From an uncultured Chloroflexia bacterium (GTDB lineage: Bacteria; Chloroflexota; Dehalococcoidia; UBA2979), in NCBI GenBank assembly GCA_963728205.1, contig CAVSIV010000006.1:1664001-1728000 (forward strand): a DNA stretch of 64,000 bases. The letters run 5' to 3'. The notes beneath the pieces were generated by a model. That model did not search any database. It was not told the DNA's origin and saw nothing but the letters and a program-made list of their open reading frames with translations. Of the stretch, positions 57,177 to 64,000 are shown one piece after another; positions within the stretch are counted from its first letter, which is position 1, and each line of letters starts with the position of its first letter. Both the position numbers and the translations under genes were made by a program.

Positions 57177-57574
57177 GCTGGTTGCCCGACGACGTACGGG
57201 AAGCGAGCGGCGGCGAGGTCGTGGACCGGGCCGCCCGCGACGCGGTGCGGCTGGCGCATCGCGCGCTCGACCGGTTCCCGGACCTCGTGCGACGCCACAA
57301 GTTCATCGCCGGCGGCGCGGCGATCTCGTCGTCGCTGGTCGTGCTCGCCGGTGTCGCGGTCGCGCGGCGGATGCGCAAGGGCGAGAGCGCCGAGGACGCG
57401 GTGAACCGCGTCACCGAGCAGGAGCTGCAGGGCTACATCCCGGGCGACGAGGACGAGGGCGGGGATCTCAACCCGCCCGAGGAGCCGCAGACGCCGCGCG
57501 CGAACGGCACGGTGCCGGTGAGCGCGAACGGTCACACCCCGGCCGCCGGCGCGGACGCGACGCCGAGCCACTAA
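57173..57574 (+). CDS. hypothetical protein coupled to ribH
   Basis: ATGA overlap with ribH; central hydrophobic helix; acidic low-complexity tail. Confidence 0.7.
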   Translation: MSWLPDDVREASGGEVVDRAARDAVRLAHRALDRFPDLVRRHKFIAGGAAISSSLVVLAGVAVARRMRKGESAEDAVNRVTEQELQGYIPGDEDEGGDLNPPEEPQTPRANGTVPVSANGHTPAAGADATPSH

Positions 57575-57581
57575 GGACGCT

Positions 57582-57695
57582 CCGTCGCAAGCGGCGGCAG
57601 CATGCCGCCGATGCCACGACGGGCGCGAGCCCGCCCCGTTTCCGCCGCTTCCGCGACGGAGAGCATCGGCGGCATGCTGCCGCCGCTTGCGACGG
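57582..57695. repeat. REPIN family A copy 9 (short-loop variant)
   Basis: CCGTCGCAAGCGGCGGCAGCATGCCGCCGATGC...GCATCGGCGGCATGCTGCCGCCGCTTGCGACGG. Confidence 0.88.
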
Positions 57696-57706
57696 GCCGG
57701 GAACCA

Positions 57707-57735
57707 TTGACGGACGCGAACGGACGTTCTAGCGT
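57707..57735 (+). promoter_or_regulatory. sigma-70 promoter of dinB with LexA box in the spacer
   Basis: TTGACG (57707)-N17-TAGCGT (57730); GAAC-GGAC-GTTC at 57718-57729. Confidence 0.85.
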
Positions 57736-57753
57736 CCATCGCGGGGGTCAGCC

Positions 57754-58983
57754 GTGAGCACCGGGCCCGCGCTGGCGCGTCGCATCGCGCACTTCGATCT
57801 CGACTCGTTCTTCGTCGCCGTGGAGCGCGTGCGCGACCCGTCGCTGCGCGGCAAGCCCGTGCTCGTCGGGCATCCCGGCGCCCGCGGTGTCGTCGCGACC
57901 GCGTCGTACGAGGCGCGGACGTTCGGCTGCCACTCCGCCCAGCCGATGGTGCAGGCGATGCGCCTCTGCCCGCAGGCCATCATCGTCCCGCCGCACTTCG
58001 ACGCGTACCAGGAAGTTTCCGGGAAGTTCCACGCCATGCTGCGGGACGCGTCGCCAATCGTGGAGTCGGTCGGCATCGACGAGGCCTACGGGGACCTCAC
58101 CGGCCTCGGCGATGGGCCCGTCGCGGTGCCCGCGCATGCACCGAACATCAGCGCCGCCGCCGCGATCGCCGAGGGGATCCGCCGCCGCGTGCGCGAGGAG
58201 CTCGGCGTGGCGGTCTCCGTGTGCATCGCCGGCTCGCGCACGACGGCGAAGGTCGGCTCCGACCGGGCGAAGCCCGACGGGCTGATCGAGGTGCCGATCG
58301 GCGGCGACGCCGCGTTCCTCGCGCCGCTGCCGATCCGCGACCTGCCGCTCGTCGGTCCGAAGCTCGGCGAGGCGCTCGCGGTCGCCGGTGTGCGCACGAT
58401 CGGCCAGGCCGCCACGCTCGACCCGCGGTGGCTCGCGCAGTCGTTCGGCCAGGCCGGCGCGATGCTGCACGACCGCGCCCGCGGCATCGACCCCACGCCC
58501 GTGGAGGGCGGCGGCCGCCCGCACCGCTCGATCTCGCGCGAGGTGACCTTCGGCATCGACGTCACCGATCCCGCCGAGCTGCGCCGGGTGCTCGCGCGCC
58601 ACGCCGAGCGCGTCGGCGCCGACCTGCGGCGGTCGGGCAAGCGCGCCCGCACCGTCACGCTCAAGCTGCGCTGGAACGACTTCACCACACTGACGCGCGC
58701 GCATACGCTCGACCGGCCCGTGCTCGCCACGCCCGCGATCCTCGAGGCCGGCGAGGCGCTGCTCGATGAGCTGCTGCGCACGCAGGGCATGCGCCCGGTG
58801 CGGCTGATCGGCCTCGGCGTCACCAACCTCGCCGAGGACGTGCTCCAGCTCGAGCTCGGCGACGCGGCCGCGCCCGGCGGCCCGCGGCGCGACGAGCGGC
58901 TGGACGAGGCCCTCGACGCGGTGCGCGAGCGCTTCGGCGACGGCTCCGTGCGGCGCGGCATCGCGCGTGGACCGCGCGACTGA
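57754..58983 (+). CDS. dinB: DNA polymerase IV
   Basis: IAHFDLDSFFVAVE, ASYEAR, SVGIDEAY, AKPDG, RLIGLG. Confidence 0.95.
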   Translation: MSTGPALARRIAHFDLDSFFVAVERVRDPSLRGKPVLVGHPGARGVVATASYEARTFGCHSAQPMVQAMRLCPQAIIVPPHFDAYQEVSGKFHAMLRDASPIVESVGIDEAYGDLTGLGDGPVAVPAHAPNISAAAAIAEGIRRRVREELGVAVSVCIAGSRTTAKVGSDRAKPDGLIEVPIGGDAAFLAPLPIRDLPLVGPKLGEALAVAGVRTIGQAATLDPRWLAQSFGQAGAMLHDRARGIDPTPVEGGGRPHRSISREVTFGIDVTDPAELRRVLARHAERVGADLRRSGKRARTVTLKLRWNDFTTLTRAHTLDRPVLATPAILEAGEALLDELLRTQGMRPVRLIGLGVTNLAEDVLQLELGDAAAPGGPRRDERLDEALDAVRERFGDGSVRRGIARGPRD

Positions 58984-59069
58984 AAACCTTGTAGAATCTC
59001 CCACGTCCGGCTGACAGGTTTCTCAGTCGGCCGATTCAAAATCTGGCATAAACCTCCCAAAATCTGTCA
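58984..59069. promoter_or_regulatory. AT-rich promoter region with phased AAAYCT direct repeats
   Basis: AAATCT 59039, AAACCT 59050, AAATCT 59060; AAACCT 58984, GAATCT 58994; inverted AGGTTT 59016. Confidence 0.55.
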
Positions 59070-59150
59070 AAGGTGAGGATCCTCCGGATCCGGGCCTCTT
59101 GCCCCATGCCCGGGACCTCATCACCCTCGTGCCAGCGGAAGGAGCAGCGG

Positions 59151-60164
59151 GTGCGATATCGGACGGTTGCGGGCACGGACATCGAAGTCTCGGAGACCGG
59201 CTTCGGTGTCTGGACGGTCACCGCGGGCTGGTGGGGCGAGTACTCGGACCAGCAGGCGGTGACGCTGCTGCGGCAGGCATTCGACCGCGGCGTCACGTTC
59301 TTCGACACCGCCGACACCTACGGGAACGGCCGCGGCGAGAACATCCTCGCGCAGGCCTTCCCCGGCGCCGACCGCGACGACATCGTGATCGGCACGAAGT
59401 TCGGCTACGACTGGGAGTCCACCGCCGGCGACCGCCGCGAGGGCCACCAGGAGGCGCCGCACTGCTTCGAGCCGGCGTTCATGGAGCGCGCGCTCGAGAG
59501 CTCGCTGCGCCGCCTCGGCACCGACCGCATCGACATCTACCAGCTGCACAACGTGCGGATGGAGCACCTGCTCAACGACGACGTCTGGACGTTCGTCGAC
59601 CGCGCGAAGGCCGCCGGCAAGATCCGGTCGGTGGGCGTCGCGCTGGGACCGGCGATCGGCTGGCGCGACGAGGGCGTCTACTCGATGGAGCACCTGCCCG
59701 TCGAGATCGTGCACATGATCTACAACGCGCTCGAGCTGGAGCCCGGCCACGAGCTGATCGAGGTCGCGCGCCGCACCGGTCGCTCGCTGCTCGTCCGCGT
59801 GCCGCACTCGTCGGGCATGCTGGAGGGCCACTACACCGCCGACACCGTCTTCGCGGAGAACGACCACCGCCGCCACCGGCCGCGCGCGTGGCTGGTGAAC
59901 GGCGTGAAGAAGATCGAGCAGCTGCAGTTCGTCACCGACGAGAACCGCTGCACGCTCGGGCAGGCCGCGCTGCGCTACGTGCTGCGCGAGCCCGAGGTCG
60001 TGAGCGCGCTGCCGAACATCTACGACCTGGCGCAGATTGACGAGTTCGTCGGCGCGGCCGACGTGCCGGACATCACGGACGCGCAGGCCGCGCGCATCCG
60101 CGAGCTGTACGACGCGAACTACGGCCTCCCGCGCGAGCAGGAGGCGGGCGTGGCCGCGCGTTAG
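59151..60164 (+). CDS. aldo/keto reductase
   Basis: GVTFFDTADTYG, IGTKFG, SLRRLGTDRIDIYQLHN; GAAGGAG RBS. Confidence 0.93.
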   Translation: MRYRTVAGTDIEVSETGFGVWTVTAGWWGEYSDQQAVTLLRQAFDRGVTFFDTADTYGNGRGENILAQAFPGADRDDIVIGTKFGYDWESTAGDRREGHQEAPHCFEPAFMERALESSLRRLGTDRIDIYQLHNVRMEHLLNDDVWTFVDRAKAAGKIRSVGVALGPAIGWRDEGVYSMEHLPVEIVHMIYNALELEPGHELIEVARRTGRSLLVRVPHSSGMLEGHYTADTVFAENDHRRHRPRAWLVNGVKKIEQLQFVTDENRCTLGQAALRYVLREPEVVSALPNIYDLAQIDEFVGAADVPDITDAQAARIRELYDANYGLPREQEAGVAAR

Positions 60165-60217
60165 CGCGGCAGCGGCGGGCGCGTGCCCGCCGACTCGGCC
60201 TGGGCCGCCCAGGCCGA

Positions 60218-60340
60218 GGGCGCGCGGCGGGCTTCAGGCCTGCCGTGTGCAGCGCGGCGGCTCCACCGGGAAGAGGTGGCCACCTCGCGCGACGCGAGGT
60301 GACCACTGCGCACGGCAGGCCTGACGCCTGCCGCGCGCCC
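60218..60340. repeat. REP family D inverted doublet with nested stem
   Basis: GGGCGCGCGGCGGGCTTCAGGCCTGCCGTG...CACGGCAGGCCTGACGCCTGCCGCGCGCCC; related single units near 53002 and 54478. Confidence 0.7.
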
Positions 60341-60396
60341 AGAGGCGAACGCCGGCGAGCGCCGGCGCGAACGACGAAGAACGGATCGAGGGCCGG

Positions 60397-61503
60397 ATGA
60401 CGACGACCGAGGCACGCACCGCGACCGCCGGGAGCGAGAGCGGCAAGACGCCCCAGTTCGACGAGACCAGCCGCCGGCTGCTCGACCTCGTGCAGGAGGG
60501 CTTCCCGCTCGACGCGCGGCCGTTCCGCGTGCTCGGCGAGCAGCTCGGCATCGACGAGGCCGAGACGCTCGCGCGCTTCCGCGAGGCGCGCGCCGCCGGC
60601 GTCGTCCGCCAGGTCTGCGCGATCTACGACACGAAGGCGCTCGGGTACTCGTCCGCGCTCGTCGCGATGCACGTCGAGCCCGAGCGGCTGAAGGCCGCGG
60701 CGGCCGTCATCAACGCGCACCCCGGCGTGTCGCACAACTACCGCCGCAACCACGACTTCAACATGTGGTTCACGGTCGCCATGCCGCCGGGCCACGACCT
60801 GGACGCCGTGATCCAGCGACTCCACGAGCTCTCCGGCGCCGAGTCGACGCGCCCGATGCCGACGCTCCGCCTCTTCAAGATCGCCGTGAACCTCGACCTC
60901 TCCGGCACGCGCGCGCTCGACGCGCGCGGCGAGCCCGAGTACACGGAGGAGCGCCGCATCGAGGCGCAGCAGCACACGCTGAGCGACGAGGACGTCGCGT
61001 ACATCTGCGCCACCCAGGGCGACCTCGCCGCCGTCGAGGAGCCGTACGCGCCCGTCGCCGCCGCGCTCGGCTGGGACCTCGAGCGCGTCTTCGCGCACGG
61101 CCGCGAGATGCAGGCAAAGGGCTTCCTCCGCCGCTTCGCCGCCATCCTCAACCACCGCACCGCCGGCTTCCGCGCGAACGGCATGGCCGTGTGGAACGTG
61201 CCGCCCGAGCGCATCGCCGAGTTCGGCCCGTTCGTCGCCGGCTACCGCAACGTCTCGCACTGCTACCAGCGCCCGACGTACCCCGACTGGCCGTACAGCG
61301 TGTTCTCGATGCTGCACCACCCGAAGGTCGCCGGCGTCGAGGAGACCGCCGCGGCGATCTCGGCGGAGACCGGCATCACCGACTACCGCGTCCTCTACTC
61401 GAGCACCGAGTTCAAGAAAATCCGCCTCCCGTACTTCATTCCCGAGTACGAGCAGTGGGAGTCGTTGTGCGAGGCGGCGGCGAAGGAGCACGGACTGCGA
61501 TGA
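60397..61503 (+). CDS. ahbAB: fused siroheme decarboxylase AhbA-AhbB (NirDL-like, Lrp/AsnC fold)
   Basis: Two units: FPLDARPF..PGVSHNYRR..FNMWFT and EEPY..GFRANGMAVW..VSHCYQRP..WPYSVFSMLH..STEFKK. Confidence 0.88.
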   Translation: MTTTEARTATAGSESGKTPQFDETSRRLLDLVQEGFPLDARPFRVLGEQLGIDEAETLARFREARAAGVVRQVCAIYDTKALGYSSALVAMHVEPERLKAAAAVINAHPGVSHNYRRNHDFNMWFTVAMPPGHDLDAVIQRLHELSGAESTRPMPTLRLFKIAVNLDLSGTRALDARGEPEYTEERRIEAQQHTLSDEDVAYICATQGDLAAVEEPYAPVAAALGWDLERVFAHGREMQAKGFLRRFAAILNHRTAGFRANGMAVWNVPPERIAEFGPFVAGYRNVSHCYQRPTYPDWPYSVFSMLHHPKVAGVEETAAAISAETGITDYRVLYSSTEFKKIRLPYFIPEYEQWESLCEAAAKEHGLR

Positions 61504-62537
61504 CGAGCGAGCGCAAGCGTCGCGCATCCGCGGCGAAGCCGAAGCCGGCCGCGACGGCGAGCGGAAGGCCTCCCGGCCTTCCGACTCAACCACGGCCCGC
61601 CCCGGCCGCCGCCAGGCCGAAGCCCGCCGACAAGCACAGGGCCGGGCCGAAGGCGAAGGCCGCGAAGCCGAAAGCCGCGAAGCCGAAGGTCGCGAAGCCC
61701 GCGGCGAAGCAGGCTCCCGCCGCCCCCGCCGCCGCGACGAACGGCGCGCACGCCCCGGCGCACCCGCACGCCGGCGCCGGCGCCCACCACCCGCACCCTG
61801 CCTCCACGGGCGGCGCCCCGCGGCCCGTCATGCGCGGCGTTCAGAACGTGAAGTTCTCCTTCTACCGCGTCGCCGACGCCGTCCGCGCCGCCCCCGCCGA
61901 CGAGCGCGCCGCCCTCGGGCGCGAGCTGCGCGCCGCCCTCGACCGCTCCGCGCAGCGCATGCTCACGCGCGCCTACTCCACCGTCGGCACCCGCGCCGAC
62001 AGCGACTTCCTCGTGTGGCAGGTCCACGACGACCTCGCGGTGATCATGGACTGGCACGCCGAGCTGCTCGCGAGCGACCTCGGCTGGGCGCTCGAGCGCT
62101 CGCACTCGTTCCTCTCCATGACCATGCGCTCGCAGTACACCAACGAGTTGCACGAGGGCATCGGCGGCCGCGACCGCCTGCGCTCCGACGGCGGCCGGGA
62201 CGACTACCTCTTCGTCTACCCGATGGCGAAGACGCGTGCCTGGTACACGCTCCCGCAGGCCGAGCGGCAGCGGATCATGGACGAGCACATCGCGATCGGC
62301 CACCGCTACCACGGCATCAAGATCAACACGACGTACTCGTACGGCCTCGACGACCAGGAGTTCGTCGTCGCCTTCGAGGGCAACGACCCGGGCGAGTTCC
62401 TCGCGCTCGTGCGCGAGCTGCGCGACTCCGAGTCGTCGTCCTACACGCTCTTCGACACCCCAATGTTCACGTGCCGCCGCGTCGACTCCGCCGGCCTGCT
62501 CGCGCAGATCGGGCTCGCCGCGCCGGCACGTTCGTGA
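61500..62537 (+). CDS. chdC: coproheme decarboxylase (ChdC/HemQ, chlorite dismutase fold) with Lys/Ala/Pro/His-rich N-terminal extension
   Basis: YPMAK motif, WYTLP..ERQRIMDEH (proximal His), YSYGLDDQEFVVAFE; ATGA overlap with ahbAB. Confidence 0.8.
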   Translation: MTSERKRRASAAKPKPAATASGRPPGLPTQPRPAPAAARPKPADKHRAGPKAKAAKPKAAKPKVAKPAAKQAPAAPAAATNGAHAPAHPHAGAGAHHPHPASTGGAPRPVMRGVQNVKFSFYRVADAVRAAPADERAALGRELRAALDRSAQRMLTRAYSTVGTRADSDFLVWQVHDDLAVIMDWHAELLASDLGWALERSHSFLSMTMRSQYTNELHEGIGGRDRLRSDGGRDDYLFVYPMAKTRAWYTLPQAERQRIMDEHIAIGHRYHGIKINTTYSYGLDDQEFVVAFEGNDPGEFLALVRELRDSESSSYTLFDTPMFTCRRVDSAGLLAQIGLAAPARS

Positions 62538-62601
62538 GCGCCTCGGGATTGCCGCTCTGGCGCGACATAGGTAGCATTCGAAATGCTCTCACCGGATCGA
62601 G

Positions 62602-62617
62602 CGGTTTGCACAGATTT
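62602..62617 (-). promoter_or_regulatory. candidate autoregulatory site sharing the 59.0-kb motif
   Basis: CGGTTT and AGATTT 10 bp apart; reverse strand reads CAAATCTGT, matching AAAATCTGT at 59059. Confidence 0.4.
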
Positions 62618-62686
62618 GCCGGACACCCACCACCGTCCGGTCGACCGCTCGGGGATCGCGCGTTCCGCTCCCGGGAGGGCTCGTCC

Positions 62687-63334
62687 ATGACCTCGAAGCT
62701 CAACGGCAGCAATGGCAGCAGCGCCAACGGGGCCCACGCGCAGACGCGCTGGGTGAACCTCGCGCGTGCCTGCAACATCCTCGGCGTCAACGAGTCGACG
62801 GTGCGGCGCTGGGCCGACGCGGGTCAGATTCGCTGCTTCCGCACCCCCGGCGGGCACCGCCGCTTCGCGGAGAGCGATCTGCAGGCGATGACCGAGGGCC
62901 GCACCGCGCCCGACCAGGAGCTGAAGAGCGCCGCGGTCTCGCGGATCCACCGCCAGCTGCAGGGCGCCGACAAGGACAACGGCTGGTACCAGCAGCTCGA
63001 GGCCGATCAGCGCGACATGTTGCGCCCGCTCGGCCGGCGGCTGGTGGAGATCGTCGACGACTACATCGCGCGCCGCGGCCGGCGGGCCGACCTCGAAGAG
63101 GAGGTCGGCGGCATCGGCGAGGAGTACGGCCGGCAGCTGCGCGGCCGCGACATGCCGCTCGTGCAGGCGATGCAGGCGTTCACGTTCTTCCGGCGCTCGC
63201 TCGACGAGACCGCGAAGCAGCTCGCCGACCGCAAGCGGATGTCGCCCGAGGACGCGGCGCGGGCGCGCGAGGAGATCGCCGGGCTGGCCGACCGCGTGCT
63301 GCTCGGCGTCAGCAACGCATACGAGAGCCACTAG
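62687..63334 (+). CDS. BldC/excisionase-type (MerR-like) HTH regulator with helical, globin/RsbRD-N-like C-terminal domain
   Basis: ACNILGVNESTVRRWADAGQIRCFRTPGGHRRF; C-terminal IGEEYGRQL..AMQAFTFFRRSL; GGGAGG RBS. Confidence 0.82.
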   Translation: MTSKLNGSNGSSANGAHAQTRWVNLARACNILGVNESTVRRWADAGQIRCFRTPGGHRRFAESDLQAMTEGRTAPDQELKSAAVSRIHRQLQGADKDNGWYQQLEADQRDMLRPLGRRLVEIVDDYIARRGRRADLEEEVGGIGEEYGRQLRGRDMPLVQAMQAFTFFRRSLDETAKQLADRKRMSPEDAARAREEIAGLADRVLLGVSNAYESH

Positions 63335-63397
63335 GCGGCCGGGCCGCCAGCATCGAGCCGGGCGGTCCCTCCGCGCCGGACCCACGGAACGGACGCG

Positions 63398-64000
63398 ATG
63401 GCCTACTACCCGATCTTCCTGCAGGTGGAGCGCAAGCCCGTGCTGCTCGTCGGCGGCGGGCACGTCGCGCTCGAGAAGATCGGCAAGCTCGTCGACGCCG
63501 GCGCCGACGTCACCGTGGTCGCGCCCGAGCGCATCCCCGCGGTGCAGGCGTTCGTCGACGACGGCCGGGCGCGGCTGCGCGATCGCGCGTTCCAGGACGG
63601 CGACACCGAGGGCTTCGAGCTGGTGATGGTCGCGACCGACGACGGTGCGGTAAACCGCCGCGTCGCCGACGAGGCGCGCGGGCGCGGCATCCTCGTCAAC
63701 GCCGCCGACGACGTCGCGAACTGCGACTTCATCCTGCCGTCGCTCGTGCGTCGCGGCGAGATCGCGATCGCCGCCTCCACCGGCGGCAGCAGCCCCGCGA
63801 TGGCGCGCTGGCTGCGCGAGCGGCTCGACGCATTCCTCTCCGACGAGGTCGTCGCGCTGGGCGACTTGCTCGCGGAGGTGCGGCGCGAGGTGCGCACGCG
63901 CGACCGCGCCTGCGCCGCCGAGTGCACGCGCACGCGCACGCCGCCGCCGCTGTTGTGCGACGCGTGCCCCAACCGCATCCACCCCGACGCCTGGCAGGCG
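63398..64000 (+). CDS. sirC: precorrin-2 dehydrogenase/sirohydrochlorin ferrochelatase (SirC/CysG-N), truncated by window end
   Basis: MAYYPIFL..LVGGGHVA..ATDD..VNAADD..CDFILPS..STGGSSPAMA. Confidence 0.9.
   Translation, partial: MAYYPIFLQVERKPVLLVGGGHVALEKIGKLVDAGADVTVVAPERIPAVQAFVDDGRARLRDRAFQDGDTEGFELVMVATDDGAVNRRVADEARGRGILVNAADDVANCDFILPSLVRRGEIAIAASTGGSSPAMARWLRERLDAFLSDEVVALGDLLAEVRREVRTRDRACAAECTRTRTPPPLLCDACPNRIHPDAWQA

Noticed and set aside
60397-61503. Lrp/AsnC transcription factor
   Set aside because: HxYxR motifs in both halves and the chdC/sirC context indicate siroheme decarboxylase AhbAB/NirDL
61500-62537. True chlorite dismutase
   Set aside because: The distal Arg position appears to be Ile (IKINTTYS), the ChdC-type YPMxK motif is present, and the context is heme synthesis
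1-64000. Many long Arg/Ala/Pro-rich ORFs overlapping or antisense to real genes (e.g. 7745..10174 -, 32546..35284 -, 51706..54309 -, 5' part of 22151..26032 +)
   Set aside because: Shadow ORFs expected at this GC content; no motifs, and they overlap well-supported genes
1-64000. tRNA, rRNA, IS transposase, integrase or prophage genes
   Set aside because: None recognised; GGTTCGAG words belong to REP families and lack a cloverleaf; the excisionase-like HTH has no integrase nearby

Overview
Very GC-rich bacterial chromosomal window of about 60 genes, densely coding. Gene content and Gram-positive-type LexA boxes suggest a Chloroflexota/Dehalococcoidia-like or actinobacteria-like organism (inference). 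It holds catabolic genes (3 acyl-CoA dehydrogenases, LLM monooxygenase, CoA-transferase pair, several alpha/beta hydrolases, nitrilase, F420-dependent PPOX and DDN enzymes), two MFS transporters, a 1413-aa surface protein with five CBM-like repeats and a lamin-tail domain, lhr and dinB with SOS boxes, pyrE-lepB-fba, an ECF sigma/anti-sigma pair, dcd and a ribD-ribE-ribBA-ribH operon. No rRNA, tRNA, CRISPR array or transposase was seen. Main candidates for novelty: (1) a membrane pseudokinase with a RodZ-like (DUF4115) ectodomain translationally coupled to a soluble Ser/Thr kinase, divergent from fhaA-fhaB-rodA-pbpA; (2) a heme locus (aldo/keto reductase, fused AhbAB, ChdC with a Lys/His-rich extension, a BldC-like HTH regulator with a globin-like domain, SirC with a Cys4 insert) carrying 10-11-bp phased direct repeats upstream of both the operon and the regulator; (3) an unannotated structured small transcript at about 14.5-14.76 kb behind a GGGAC-N4-GTCCC box; (4) at least four intergenic REP/REPIN families. 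Six single-base frameshifts (kinase, lhr x4, fba) may be assembly errors. All family calls come from motif recognition, not database searches.
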